64,000 nt of DNA from Octopus sinensis (taxonomy: Eukaryota): contig NC_042997.1 of assembly GCF_006345805.1 (NCBI RefSeq), positions 98,084,001 to 98,148,000 of the forward strand. The letters run 5' to 3'. Position 1 is the stretch's first letter. Each line of letters starts with the position of its first letter. The translations under genes were made by a program, and so were the position numbers. Positions 1 to 14,390 of this stretch are shown piece by piece. Below the pieces are notes generated by a model. The model did not search any database and was not told the origin of the DNA. It saw only the letters and a list, made by a program, of their open reading frames with translations.

Positions 1-59
1 ATCCTTAGTTAAAAATTGTCAATTTACAAAGAATGAATAATGGTTGAAAAATTACAGTG

Positions 60-700
60 TCTCCCAGATTAATGAAAAGAATGTTTGTTTCACTTGGAGA
101 CATTGGTATTGGTAAATCTTTGGGCAAAGATCGGAGAAGCGGAGTACGGAATTTTCATGTGCTTTTGTAAAGAAAATGTGTACAATCTGTGTAGATTAAA
201 AAATGAAATTGCTACAGCAATATTATAGGGTGGACTGTACTATCATATTTTTTACGCCTTTTGCGATTTGAAGTCTTAGGTACCTTATCAACGTACCTTA
301 ACTTATCGTTAAAAGCACTTCTAGATAGGACATAGTTTTTAGTATTCTGAAAAGTTCTAAATTCTTGCTCGTTAGGTATTGAAGCCTAATGGATAAGAAT
401 TTTGGCTAAGATTCTTAAAGATAGTCATGAGGTGGTCTGAGTGGAAGCAACTGGAGTGTAATTGATTTTGTGGTGTAGAGAATATAAAAGACATTTCGGC
501 TTGGGCTGACATATAAGTTAATTCTGGTACGGTCGGTGTCCATAGAGCTACGCAATCCTTAAAGAGGGACCTATTTGTTCCAAAATATAACTCTGCTTGC
601 GTATTATAGTTTCGCAGTTTTCGTGTTCGTCCTTTCGCTATAATCTACCTTCAATTGCAGTAAAATAAATCCTAAGGCGTTTTAGGATCTATAGGCCAAC
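60..700 (-). mobile_element. Decayed Penelope-like element, RT thumb/linker region
   Basis: Frameshifted minus-strand translation gives LSRSAFNDKLRY..NRKRRKK, PPYNIAV and KIPYS in the order expected for the Penelope linker (AL..SGY..KL.Y...KRKR..WFNPPY...KVSYS). Confidence 0.6.
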
Positions 701-809
701 GAGGTTCCTGTTCTCTGATGAATCAATCGTTTCTATGCTTACATCGAAATCTTTAGTTAACGAGTTTCAAGTGCATGAAAAATAATATCCATATCTGCAC
801 GCACCCATC

Positions 810-1012
810 TATGTATGTATGTATGTATGTATGTATGTATGTATGTATGTATGTATGTATGTATGTATGTATGTATGTATGTATGTATGTGTATTATGTA
901 GGCAGGTGGGTATATAGATAGATATACATATGCACTAATTTTAACGCGGAATCTTAAAGATGTGTTGTAGTAATTTATACTTATATATAGACTCTCTTTA
1001 CTTTCTCTCTCA

Positions 1013-1068
<56 letters not shown>
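810..1068. repeat. (TATG)n tract (810-890) and compound (CT)n(TA)n microsatellite (~1003-1068)
   Basis: Directly visible. Confidence 0.95.
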
Positions 1069-1870
1069 CACATTCATATATGTATATATAGATATGTATT
1101 TGTATACATTACTTTATATCTGTGTATACATATACATTCATATATATATATATATACAATATGGTGAAAGAAAAATATTCGCTATTCCTATCTTTACTTT
1201 TCGAACTGTTTGTTTATTTCTTTTTAATTATGTTACTTTAGATAAGCTATTGTACTCGGGTCAAATGTTGTTCTTTGAAGACAAGAAAATATCTTAGAGC
1301 TGTAAGTTAGATCAAACCAGACGAAGGTTTATCAAAAGCATTGTTATTTCTTTTTCTTTTCAAATAAAGTCCTGGTGTGTATTGCTGAAATGTCTATTGA
1401 TCGAGCGTATTTTGCACCGAATTACTTGTACGATGATAATGTACAATAGTAGTTGCAGAAATGGTAAATATCTGTATGCATCTGGATACATATTAAAAGG
1501 GGGAAAATCTGCAATGACTTGGAGAAATTTCTGAATATGTAGTATATGTAGTGCAAAAGTGATTTGTTTGGAAGTTTAAGTTATTTTGGAATTTGCAGAG
1601 TTTTAATTTATCTCGTTCTGATGGTTGAAACGAAACGTTTAATATTCAACTCCTCGGTGGAGTTTCTGCTCGGAACTCTGGAGACGTTACTAAATTTGGT
1701 CCCAGTTGAAAATGAAAGACCAGATCTATATCCGTGTGACTCAGGACGGACGTCAATAATCGTAATCAAATATTGCATTGCAATTTCTACATTTCTTCCA
1801 GTGGCAAGTAAAGTTGCTACAGATGGTAACAACAACAAAAAACAACAACAGTAGCAGCAGCAGTAACAAC

Positions 1871-2205
1871 AATCCTTTCTATTATAGGCACAAGGCCTGA
1901 AGCTTTGGTGGGGGGGGGGGGTGAAACTAGTCGCTTACATCGACCCCTGAATTGCACTGGTACTTACTTAATTTATCGACCCCGAAAGGATGAAAGGCAA
2001 AGTCGACCTCGGCGGAATTTGAACTCAGAACGTAACGGCATACGAAATACCTATTTCTATTTCTTTACTACCCACAAGGGGCTAAACACAGAGAGGACGA
2101 ACAAAGACAGACAAACGGATTAAGTCGATTACATCGACCCCAGTGCGTAACTGGTACTTATTTAATCGACCCCGAAAGTATGAAAGGCAAAGTCGACCCC
2201 GGCGG
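1871..2205 (-). mobile_element. Tandem (dimeric) tRNA-derived SINE, Meta-like domain (family A)
   Basis: Two copies of the reverse complement of GTCGACTTTGCCTTTCATCCTTTCGGGGTCGATAAATTAAGTACCAG joined at ~2051; B-box-like GTTCAAATTCC on the minus strand in the left unit. Confidence 0.85.
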
Positions 2206-2435
2206 TGTGTGTGTTTATGAGTGAAACACCTAAGCTCCACGCTCCGGCAGAAGGTAATGGCGAACCTCTGCTGACTGTTTCGCCACAACTTTCTCTCACT
2301 CTTTCCTCCTACATCTTGCAGCTCACCTGCGACGGACCGGCGTCCCCTCCAGGTGGGGAACCTATACGCCAAGAAACCGGGAAACCGGCCCTTATGAGCC
2401 AGGCATGGCTCGAGAAGGAACAAACAAACAACAAA
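2206..2435 (+). mobile_element. SINE body/3' part (family C-related)
   Basis: GCGACGGACCGGCGTCCCCTCCAGG...GGAAACCGGCCC..ATGAGCC matches the copy at 37360-37435; ends in an AAAC-rich tail. Confidence 0.6.
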
Positions 2436-3424
2436 CTGCAGTTATCAAGGTCGTTATACATGCATGACTCCAGGAGTTACAACAAAACCTGAGTTAGAAA
2501 GAAAAAGAAATGATGATAATGATTTCAGATTTTGTTAGAAGACCAGCAGTTTCGGGGAAGGGCTAAGTCGATTACATCGATAAATTCATAAGGCATGCAG
2601 ACGCAATTGTTGAGATATGCTGTTTGCTGTCGCTTCTCCTATTATGTCTGAACTCATTCCATCTTCTGTACCTGCTTCTTTGTGTGTCTATTGATATTAA
2701 TGTTATCTAAAATACTTTTGTTCGTACAAATTACGTGTAAGTATTCTTGGCGTCTTCTTGCCAAAAGTGCATGGAGTTTTCTTCGCACTTGTGCCATTGT
2801 TCATGGAGATGTCATTTCTCTTTTCTCTTTTCAAATTGCGAGTGTGTACGCACGCGCCTGCTATGCAATTAGATATTCTTGTTCTTTTTTTTTCTTTGGT
2901 TTCTGTGCAGATGTATTGATTTTAAGTTATTTCCTTCGAGGGGTACGTTGCCACAGACCCGTAGATTTCCCCAGCGAATTGAGACAAATAAATTTAAAAG
3001 AAGTTATGTTTTAAAATGTTTTTCCACTTAACTTCACAGCTTTATATATAACACATATCTAATACAAGACAGAAGTAAAACATCTAACTTGTATAAAAGA
3101 GAGTACACATCTTAACTCGAAACAGGAGCGATATTCAATTCATTGAACTAGGTAAGATACAACGATAATCATAATGGAGATAATGATAAATGTGATGATG
3201 ATTGTGATAATACTAACAATCCTCTCTGCTTTAGACACAAGACCTAGAACCTGGTCGGCAGTGGGCTAGTCAATTACTTCGACCTAGTACTTAAGTGATA
3301 TTTATTTCATCGAACGCGAAATTATGAAAGGCATAGCCAGCCTCATTCGAATTTGAAGAAATGCTGCTAAGCATTTTATCCGACGTGGTAACGATTCTGC
3401 CTTCAATCACCCATCATATCTACT

Positions 3425-3900
3425 GAGATGCGTTGGGTGGGCCATGTTGTCCGTATGGAATATTATAGGATTTCAAAGCAGCTGCTATACGGTGAGCTGT
3501 GTACTGGAAAGCCTTGTCATCACAAACCACAAAACGATACTAAGACTGCATAAAAAGCAACCTCAAGGAACTGTGAAGAATTAGCTTCAGAAAGAACTGA
3601 GTGAAGAAAGAGTATAAGAGATGATTGTAAAACTTTGAAGAGGGTCGATTTGAGCTCGAAGGCCTAAAGCACTGGCTTCGGAGGGGCTGTCATCAGACCC
3701 TCAGTGGGAGCATAAAATGTTGAAAGTGTGAACCGTGTGACCGTGTACTCCTTTCCAAGACTAGGTATGTCAACTATCTGAAGTCTCATGAAAGATCAAT
3801 TATATGCAATAACTTTCCTCCTAGGCCAGGTGATTCGATGTGAGTAGCATGTGAAATACCTTGCAAGTCAATTTCAAGTCTGAAGAGGCATGGAGGTTCA
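3425..3900 (+). mobile_element. RTE-clade LINE 3' fragment with two C-terminal C2H2 zinc-finger relics
   Basis: MRWVGHVVRMEYYRISKQLLYGELCTGK from 3428 (RTE LRW.GHV.RM...R.PKQLLYGEL motif), then CEPCDRVLLSKTRYVNYLKSH and *VACEIPCKSISSLKRH. Confidence 0.8.
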
Positions 3901-4109
3901 CAAGGTTCATTTCTCACAAAGTGATCCACTCACTCCAATGGAAGTCACGACTTTCGTCACTCACTGAGGCTTCAAAACATATAGATCTGCAGCGAGACTG
4001 AATTGTCATCTACGAGGTCAGAAACAAAATGTCAAAAATGACATTGACAACGAGGAGTAAGCTCAGAGACCACAATGATCTGTAAAGATAAAGCAGTTAT
4101 AGCACCATG

Positions 4110-4123
4110 CACGCATGCACACA

Positions 4124-4209
<86 letters not shown>

Positions 4210-4230
4210 GTACACACGCGCACACACATA
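4110..4230. repeat. (CA)n microsatellite
   Basis: Directly visible. Confidence 0.95.
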
Positions 4231-4627
4231 TGTATATATAATTTTATGGACTAATGGGTATATATGAATTAGTGAGTCGAGAAAAGCACGTTCAAAATTT
4301 GGGCTACCCGATGTCATGTACGGTTAAGGTATATTTTCGCTGGATCTACGTCCGGAATTCCGCGATGTTAGGTGAGATGATAATAATTAATGAGGAAAAC
4401 GGAAGATAGATTTAGCACTAGTCTTTGATGCTGCACAATTAGATGCACAAAATCCTACCCATAACGGACAGTGGTAAGATGGGCCGAAACGATCGTCGTA
4501 CTGAATGAAGACTAGTACTAAATCTACCTTCCGTTTCCTCTATCAATTATTATTATTATCATTATTATTATTATTACACACACGCACGCACGCACGCGCG
4601 CGCACACACACACACAGACACACACAC

Positions 4628-4665
<38 letters not shown>

Positions 4666-5416
4666 GAACATGGTGTACGAAACGTCCTGAAAATTGACTG
4701 ACAAAGCGTCATGCATATCTAAAGAATTCGAATGTTTAGCGTAATAACCTGGAGAAAAAATTGATTTGTGAGTTTTATTAGTTGATCGATAGCTTTACGT
4801 TCCACAAAGCATTGGCTGAATGAGAAAGAGAAAACGACAACGAAAGTAAACGCTTTCAGTAGATACATAAAAGCCTTATTGATGGTATAGGGATAAAAAT
4901 ATAAAGTATTTGGGCAAGTTTTGTATTTTGTATGCAAAGTTATGTCTCAGTTTCAAATATTTCGTTTCAATAAAATGATTTTCATACTGCCGGATTTAGA
5001 CATGTTTGGCAAGTGATTTGATCTAAGATTATGAGTACAAAGTGAAACAATTACAGCCTGGAAGAGTGATGATAACCATTTAAAATACTCATACACTGTC
5101 ATAGTCACACTTTCTGGTGATTGTACTATATACTCTGATGCGTCAAAAGGAATTTCATTCTACATCTACGACCTGGTCATTGACACAGAAATGGCTGATC
5201 ACATACAAAAATTACTAAAACAATTGCCATCTATATGACGCCAATTTTCACATTAATTAGAACGTGGATGGAAAATTTCTGTCGGCACAAATAAAAAAAG
5301 AAATCAATCGCAATGGAATGATGATTAATCAATACTCATTTAACCTCACTATACTTAGTAATGACTTTAGAGACGAATATATTTGTAAAAGTTTGAAGAC
5401 CGAGATACGATACACG

Positions 5417-5453
<37 letters not shown>

Positions 5454-6225
5454 TATTATTGATATAAACATATATATTATTGATATAATAATACATATAT
5501 ATTATTGATATAAACAATTTTTACATTTTTCATATCAGTTGGTTAAATTCATTTAATGAATTTTGTCCACTTTCAGTGATATAAATCGATATACATACAT
5601 ACATACATATATACATATGTATGTAAAACAATAGGAGTATCTCGTAAGTGCGTTTGATTTTGTAGTATGCTTTCGCTAATTGCTTTAGCTGCATTTGTAA
5701 TCACGTGCTATAAACCAAAAATATATCGGCAGCAAAGGTATATCTTTTCGTATTTTGAACTAATTCATTTCTTTTATCATTTGAATTTTATTTTATACGT
5801 CCCTTAGACTCTCTCTCTCTCTCTCCCAAACATGCATATACACACGCCTATATATGGAAATCTCACGTCACAACATTGAATTACTACCTAAGTCCCTTTG
5901 TGTAGTCAGTCCGGAGTCAAGCAGGTCGACAGCGTTCATCCGACTTCCCGTTATTCCTTATTATCCAGTATCACACAAGTGAAATACGCTATCTCAATTT
6001 GAGATAGGAATTTTATTGTATTATTTATATTCCAGGCAACTAGCTCCCTCACTGCGAACGTCACCAGAATTGACGATAATGGTACCGTCTTTTAAACTGA
6101 AATATTGGAATTCGTGAATAATTATTCTGTTTCCAAATTAGTACTGCAGAGGTTTTCAACCAGGGTCCATATAAGATTTTGTTAAAGTTAGCTTAATAAC
6201 TATTTTTATTCAATTCCCAATAATA

Positions 6226-6621
6226 TCTTTATATATAAAAGTGAAGTTGTGTGTCTGTCTCCTACGATTTAGATTCCTAACTACTCCCACATTTTGCGGT
6301 GCAGTTTAACCAAAACCGGGTATCTTATAGTCGTGATTCATATCGAGCCCTTCTGGGTATTAGCGCGCGTCTTCGATGAGTCTACGATTTAAAAAAAGAT
6401 TTACCATCATTTGTTTCCATTTTAATGCATTTTTTTGCTATTATATAAGGGAAGTAACTCTCTAAAAATGTCTACGATAAGTCAACGATTAAAAAAAAAA
6501 TTACCATCATTTTTTTCCATTTTTAATGCATTTTTTTGCTATTTTTTGGCTACAACTCTCTAAAAATGCTTATATAGTTATTTCCCTTACAAACCCGAGC
6601 AACGCCGGGCGATACTGCTAG
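6226..6621 (+). mobile_element. Non-autonomous Helitron
   Basis: Starts TC (TCTTTATATATAAAAG) after A6225 and ends CTAG before T6622. Subterminal hairpin CCCG-AGCAACGC-CGGG at 6594-6609; no TSD; internal ~90-bp tandem duplication. Confidence 0.85.
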
Positions 6622-7327
6622 TATAATTATGAAAATACAACAGCATTTTTTAAACATCGAATGGCTAGGAAGTTTCACCCGAGTTAGACAGGAATCGAGA
6701 GAGTCTAGAGGCAAAAAAATAAAATGTTTGGAAAACACAGCTCTGCAGCGTTCATAGTGTACGGAAAAAAATATGCACTGAGGCTCTTAATTGCATAACC
6801 ACAGTATTTTTGTATTAGAATTGGATTCCTGGACCCATCAGGTCCCCGGACATCTACGCAGTGTATCGATTCCTTAGGTCCGCACTACTATCTCGATGTG
6901 ACGTGCGCCAGTATGACACGAAGTCAAAAATAGATTGTGAACCATTTATCTATATCTTTTACCTTCAATTCTTGAATATTAACATTCCATTCCTACTCAC
7001 AGTAGACTGAAGAGCAGAAACCTAATTATATGATAAATGAATATTGAACAAATGATAGAGTAACCAGTCTCTTTGAACATGTAACATTAGTCGCAATATT
7101 TTAAAATTAAATTTCGTGACTGCTGTACAATATTCTCAAGAGGATTTGACAGACTGAATCGGTTATTGACAACTTTGATTCTTGGCATACTTTTGGCAAA
7201 TGACTTATCGAGGACTCTTGTACCTAAAGAAGTATAAAAAGTGTTGCTTCCTTTATTCGAGTAAAAATTTACACTTTGAAATTGTTCAATATCTGAAATA
7301 AACGCACACCTATAATAAGTATAGTAA

Positions 7328-7380
<53 letters not shown>

Positions 7381-8109
7381 GTGTGCCTGTGTTTGTAATT
7401 TACATTTATGTATGTACATAACGAAAGTGCAAACATTCACACGCCACACATACATTATTAACGTATGTGTCGTGAACGCGTGTTGAACACATTCATATGG
7501 ACACACGCAAAAACACGCTCACACTCACAAAGACACACGCAAACACACAGAGAGAGACATACACACAAACACAGACACAGACGCACACATACATGCAGGC
7601 ATACATACACGCACCACAAAAATTCGCATACAATTAAATTCTATATATTTTACGGCTAAAAGTAGAAAAAGAAGGTCACTCGAGTATAAATGTCAAACAC
7701 ACAGGAATCCCTTTGTCACAGCTAGTCGCACCGTCAATATACAAAGTTGTACTTATAAAGTTGTGCGTGCGACGAAATTAATTGTTAGGCCAAAAATACA
7801 TTACGTAATTTTAGATAAATACTTTAAAAGAAGAGGTGAAATCAGCAAACACGAAAACCTACTTCAAAATGAAACTAGGTCGATTTAAGCTTGTATTATT
7901 TGTCTAAAGATTGTTGTTTAACTCCACGTGAGCACTAAACAAAAACAAAACAATACAATCATACAACATAACGACTTGAAGTAGACCTGGAGTCTAGGAT
8001 GGCGACGAAAGAACAAGCTTGGTAGATTGATTGTTTGACCGTACAATTAATAAACCGATCGATTAGTTACTTCGTTATATCTTAACAAACTGGTCGATAA
8101 TGATTTCAA

Positions 8110-8305
8110 ATTTTGGCACAAGGTTAGCAATTTCGGGAAAGTGGGTAAGACGATTGGATGCACCCCAATGGTACGTATTATAGTGACCCAGAAAGGATGA
8201 AAGGTAAGGTCGACCACGGCGGAATTTGAACTCAGAACAGGAAGGAAATGCCGCTAAGTATTTCTCTCCTCATGCTAACGATTCTGTCAGCTTGCCGCCT
8301 TGAAC
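8110..8305 (-). mobile_element. Family A SINE, diverged copy
   Basis: Homologous to 33208-33439 with the alternative AATTTTGGCACAAGG tail. Confidence 0.75.
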
Positions 8306-9114
8306 TGACAAATAAAAAGTTCAATAGAACTGGTGCGTGTGTTTATTAGCGACATAATGACCTTCTAAAGGTAGTGGTCTGTGATCATATGTCATTCATT
8401 TATTTATTTTGAGTGTTTCAGTGTATATAAAAATGCGTTATTCGATTATTCTTAGTTTATATAAAGCCAGCTAGGGGTAATTTAAATGAGATTTGATAGT
8501 TATTTCTAGTCAGCAGGTCGAGCAAATGTGATAAGATTCCCTCACCGTGTGTACGTTTTAATTGATAAAATCACTGAGAAAAATCAAAATATTTATGTAC
8601 ATATAGTTCAGAATAAAATTTTCGTCCAATTTTCTATAGCCAACATTTTCTCCAGCAGATGGCGTGAATGCGGCATCGTTAGAACATTGGGTAAAATACT
8701 TGCCGTATTTGTTTTGACTCTTCACCTTTTGAGTTTAAATAGCGTATAGTTCAGCTCAACCTTTAATCCCTCCTGGGTCACTAAAATAAAGAATCCATCT
8801 AATACTGTAATTGATGATAAGAACTAACCCACTCCCTTCAAAACTATTGACCTTGTGCCTAAATCATATTGTTTGGAGATACGCTCTTTACCTTTCAACG
8901 TTCGTCATACGTTTACTGTGTCATAACTGGCCATGTATCATAACCGACATTTTATTCATAACAGGGCAAGTACGAAACCTAAACATACGGAACTATATAT
9001 ATATACGCACATAATACATAACGCATACAAGCACACTCACGCAGGTACACGTGTACTCATACACGTGTAATTACATAGATATTCTTTCTCCCGCCTTGTG
9101 CGTGTGTTTGCGTA

Positions 9115-9206
<92 letters not shown>

Positions 9207-9345
9207 ACCGTTTTACGACCGGCATAATTACCTATGTTAACCCTGGGCATACATAAGAAAGCATATTGCGCTCATAAGTTACAGGCGATGACAATGATAT
9301 ACATGAGTTTATTAGGAATCAGATTTAAAGAAAACACAAAATGGA

Positions 9346-9424
<79 letters not shown>

Positions 9425-10253
9425 AATACAAGCGTAATACACAAACATATATATATATACATATATATACATACATGCGTGCATACACACACATGTTAAA
9501 GGCGCAAAACTTTAGAAACTAAATTTTTATCTCGAGTAGGTCAGTTGAGAAGGGGATTATGTCTAAACGGAAGACAGCTTATATGGAACTATCCCTCTCA
9601 AACTTATAGTTAACAGCCAGCCCGGCAAACTAACTAAACACTGGAAAACAATTCGCAAATCATTATCGGAACCCTCCTTTACTTGTAGTAGTAATCTGTT
9701 ACAGGGTCATACTTTCTATTTACATCTAATACAACCTCACCGGGTATCATGGAGCGAGTTTATCTGTTAGCTGTCGCTAATATTCAATCGATTCTGCGAG
9801 ATCCGCGCCAGTCAATTACTCTGACATTTGCACATTGCATTTATGCTATAAAGTTCAAATTTAACTGATTACAGCAATTATCATATATGCTGTAGTTTTG
9901 TATTGGCGTGATAATTCGTTTATGTTTTGACCTAAATTGTATAGTACAATTCTTGTTTGTTTTTTTATAAGAGGGGTTTCGTTATAAAATTTTTAGGTCA
10001 CTGCACACGCTTAGTTTTTTTCATGTAAATTAGATTGGAAGTTAGGATATGATATTAGTCCAGTTTACTGAACTCACTGCAACTGAAATTGTAACAGAAG
10101 ATGATTGTTTTTTACACTGCATGTATTGAATATAAATATAATGCCGTAAGATAAAATGCTCTAGTAATTATGTCTCGCTTCAATACTTTAGCAGGTAAGG
10201 TATATACATACATACATAGACATACATACATATACATACATACACACACACAC

Positions 10254-10295
<42 letters not shown>

Positions 10296-10504
10296 TATAT
10301 AAGAATAAAAAGTTTTGAATGGTACAACAATGCACTATACTACAGATAATAGGCTATATACCAGTTGTAATTTAGTCATCCATATTCTGATATGATATTT
10401 CGGAATAATATTCCTCCTTCAGATATTCTTAAATATGTATATATGTATGTATATACTTATATACATATCATCTTTCTATCTACACACACACACATATATG
10501 TATG

Positions 10505-10536
<32 letters not shown>

Positions 10537-12054
10537 TGTATGTATGTATGTATGTATGTATGTATGTATGTATAACAGGTCAAATTTCCCGATATCATAA
10601 TAACATGTACTTTTGATTCAACTCCAGGACTCTAGTTTAGAGATTTGAGGAAATGAAATTTCGTAACGGACAGATAAAAACGTAATATTGATTTATTTTG
10701 TCTTGGAACAAGATATCAAATTTATAAGAAACAAGATTCCGAGCTTTTCAGGCTTTTACTACCAGAAGGTGTGAAGCAAAATAATCTTGAACCTGCCCCC
10801 CCCCCAAAAAAAAAGAGCGAAAAATAAGAGAGAAAAACAAAACAGAAAACGAATTCAGTCGCTTACTCGGATCGCCTGAGGCTTAATGCTACATCTATAA
10901 ATGTTGAACCTTTCTAAACACAACAGAAATATAATTTTTGTATGTTTGAAACAAGTTACTTTACCTCAAATTTCAAGAGTGTTGTCATCAAATAAAACTC
11001 CAGTGTCCTGAAATACAGTTAACTTTAGAATCTCTATTTTATTCGTTATTCAGTACTACTGAAAAATTATTTGGGAAGTTCGATATTGTTATTGCAGTGT
11101 GAAATAGTCGAAACCTGTGTTACCCTTTATCTGTCCACAGTATTTTCAAAGTATTTTGTTAAATGTCCATGTTTGTTTTCAGACTTCAATTTGTTTCATA
11201 CGCTCTGCGTAATGTAAAGCTTTCCTTTCATAAGTTTTAAGTTACCCTTGTGGTTGGAAATAGTTAGGAAAATCTCCTGTGCATCAAATGTGATACACAG
11301 GACAGGCAAAGGGCCATACCGATGTTCTTAGTGGAATAAAGAACAAGGTCTGTAGACTAGACAGGAAAACAAACACCCGGGAAGTACCAACAATTTAAAA
11401 CTGATGACTTGTAAATATATATTCTCAATTAAAATTATAGGGTCTTATTTCTATTTATACAAAGGCTCGTTATATTTTAAGGTAGGAAAGTGTGAAATGT
11501 GAGTTTTATGTCTTTTGCTGAATTATTAAGGACTTCAGTGATGGAGCTGAGCTGCCACTGTTTATTAAAAGAGCATCTTAGTTTCGTTTTTCGGCAAATC
11601 AGATTATCCCTTGCCCATCTCTGCTTATTCTGAAATGTCGATTTCCTTTGACGAAGTACAAGGACTTTGTCGAGCCGGACATCCATCTGATGAAAGTCAC
11701 TCAAGAATGCAATAATCAAGGTCGGGTTCTCACGGAGACTGTCATTAGTTTTTTACTGAATGCTCCAAATTCAGCACTGAACAGACTCCAATTCAGCATT
11801 GAACACTTAAGAATTATCTTATATTTTGTCAGTTCTCGTCGCCGTCATTGTCGTCATGTATCGTACGTCTGAAAAACATTAATGCCACTACAACAAAAAA
11901 TTTTCCGAATAAGCGCGAGTTCACGAGTTACCTTGCCACCCTTGTCCACCCAGCTCTTGCAACTGTTCTTTGACAGCCTCTTGATCTACTGCCCTCTAAT
12001 CTCCCTTTTGTGATAATATTTTTCAAACTTGTTTGAGCCTTACAATTATACGAC

Positions 12055-12555
12055 ACCACAGCTTTCCTTTGCTACATTGACTACAGAAAGGGCTTTATCT
12101 GTGCAAACTAATGCCACATGAATGCATCATGTCTCATCTCCGTATTCCAAATTACCTCATTAGGCTCATCAAGCAGCTTTATATTCAGCAAAAATCCTGC
12201 ATTCTAGTAAATAACGAGAATGCAGAAAAGTTCAAAAATGGAAACGGAGTTTTGGGCGATGTATTCTTTCTTCATGCTTACTCAACATCTACACTTAGTG
12301 GATAAAGCGAGAAGTAATGAGGAAGATGGCATTAAGATACGTGGCTTGTATATTTCTAATTTGAGATATGATGACAATACTGCTCCACTTGCCAAGACAA
12401 AAGCCGGAATACAAAAAGTGATAAATAGATTCAAGAAGGTGTCATATACGTATGGTCTCTATCTCAACCACCAGTAACAAGTCATGGTAGTAGGAAACGA
12501 AAACGTAAATGTTAGCATTAAACTGGGCAGTGAGAGGTACGAACAAGTTGAATTG
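12055..12555 (+). mobile_element. RTE-clade LINE reverse transcriptase fragment (frameshifted)
   Basis: AFLCYIDYRKGF at 12061, IPNYLIRLIKQLY, and GIKIRGLYISNLRYDDNT (decayed YADD) followed by YGLYLN. Confidence 0.85.
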
Positions 12556-13499
12556 TCAGTTATATTCTTTTCTAATCATTTGCAGTAATGCACTTTCATC
12601 TACGAATAGTATCTATTTGCAATTAGTTGTAATGTGAAGTGTCTTTTGTCAGCACATTAACCGTGACATGTAATAGCATGTCTTTCAATTGGCTTCTCCG
12701 TATGTTATTATAAGTATTTATTTTCAAAAAAGAAATTGTCCCACATCAGCTTCTCATATTTACAGAGAAGAAATCCAAGTCTTTGAGAAAGAAATCGTGC
12801 AATCATCAAATAATTACTTTACCAGCCTACGAATGTATTATTTACATCTCGTTGATATTAAGTAAACAAATGGTCTACTTCTATAAAATTAACGATGAGG
12901 TAATATTAATTTCTCAGAATTATCCACGGAGAATTTATTACTAACACAGATATTTATTATCCATGAACATCAGCAATGACAACGACAACAACAGCTAATA
13001 TATCGATTAAATAATTGGCTACATCTCAAAGACTTCCTGTATTTCAATAGTTGGCCTCCGATATCAAAACGACTGGCAGCAAACAATTATTTCTGCCTTC
13101 CAGGCATTCGCAACAATCAAGAAATAATCAGCAATTCAATAAATTCTATCTCTCATTCAGTTAAGTCACTATTTTTTTTTCTCTGTTTTCATTCACTGAT
13201 AATATCAAATATATTAAAGGAAAGGAGAGGAAAAAAGAAGATGTAAAATGTTTGTTTAAACATACGAGAAAAAAGAAATCACCCGAAAAACTAATAATGT
13301 ATAAATGCAATCGAGAAGTGGTTAGTTATTGGTTAAAGAGTAAATAAAAATAAGAATTGTTTTAGAAATGATCGCCTTTCGTGTAATGAGAATGTAAATA
13401 ATACACGCATACATACACACATATGTATGTCTATCTGCATACATACATACATGTATGCACACACACACACACACACACACACATACATAGGGTGTCGCG

Positions 13500-13674
13500 A
13501 AAGGCCTCGTTGGAGGCCCAACATTCCGAGTTCTTTTACGAGGTCTAGATAAACTGAAGGACCGCTGCAATAAGTGTATGAATCTAAGGGAAATATGTTG
13601 AATAAAAATATAATTAACTGATTCTTTTGTATTTTCTTTAAGCCAAAGCCAGGAACTTTTCTGCAACTCTTCGT
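13500..13674 (+). mobile_element. Mariner 3' fragment with right TIR
   Basis: GLDKLKDRCNKCMNLR(G)EYVE* matches the mariner transposase C-terminus (G..KL..RW.KCI...G.YVE); ends AAAGCCAGGAACTTTTCTGCAACTCTTCGT, a mariner-type TIR. Confidence 0.75.
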
Positions 13675-13899
13675 GTGTGTGCATACGCATAGTCATACAT
13701 ATACACGCGTCCATACACGTCTATACACACTCGCCCACACAGAGGTACTCACTCGTCCCCATTCACACATACAAACTCACACACACCATTCTCACATACA
13801 CACAAACGCTTGCGTACCTTAGTTCGTTGGGGTCAGCGTTATCATAATTATTATTATTATTATTATTATTATTTCCCTTTCATTCAGCCTCTTTTTTCC

Positions 13900-14109
13900 A
13901 GTCATCTCGCCATGTTGGACTGTTGAACTCTGCACATTTTCTCTCAATTTTTTTTTATTCTCTCTCCATTTCCCCACTCTTAATCCTTTGTGTCGAAGAG
14001 CTCAGGCTCAAAACTTAAAAGACTTTTCCATTTCTCCCGAGCGTTAAACTAATACACCTGCTTGTTGCTCCTACACCTGTCTTCGTCTTTTGTTTTCTGT
14101 AAATTCGAA

Positions 14110-14110
<1 letters not shown>
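13900..14110 (+). mobile_element. Penelope-type terminal repeat with hammerhead-like motif
   Basis: Homologous to the reverse complement of 20500-20715; GAGC-TCAG-GCTC stem followed by AAAAC and GCGTTAAACTAATAC. Confidence 0.55.
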
Positions 14111-14151
<41 letters not shown>

Positions 14152-14390
14152 TCACACACATACATGTATGCGTACGTATATGCAGATATATACTTATAGT
14201 TCTGTGTATGCATGCATGTGTGTGTGTGTATGTGTCGTGATGACGTTCCTGGAGGCGCAAGTGATTTCGGGTCTTTCAAAATCAGACCGCTCTCACTCAA
14301 TTTACCAGCTGGTCTTCGTACCAGCAGCAACATGCCACTGGCCTGCCTTCTTTATGCGAACTCGATTCGTATTCTTCTCGCTCGCTTCAG

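Noticed and set aside
4480-4515. GGGCCGAAACGATCGTCGTACTGAATGAAG as a permuted hammerhead
   Set aside because: There is no stem I, the core has an extra base, and there is no partner for stem II.
1608-7290. Minus-strand protein-like frames at 1608-1815 and 7087-7290
   Set aside because: Each ends in a stop, no homolog is recognised, and no partner exons can be linked. Frames of this length can arise by chance or as antisense shadows.
14286-14330. DRSHSIYQLVF resembling kinesin switch I (SSRSHSIF)
   Set aside because: Only a five-residue match, and the rest of that frame is not kinesin-like.
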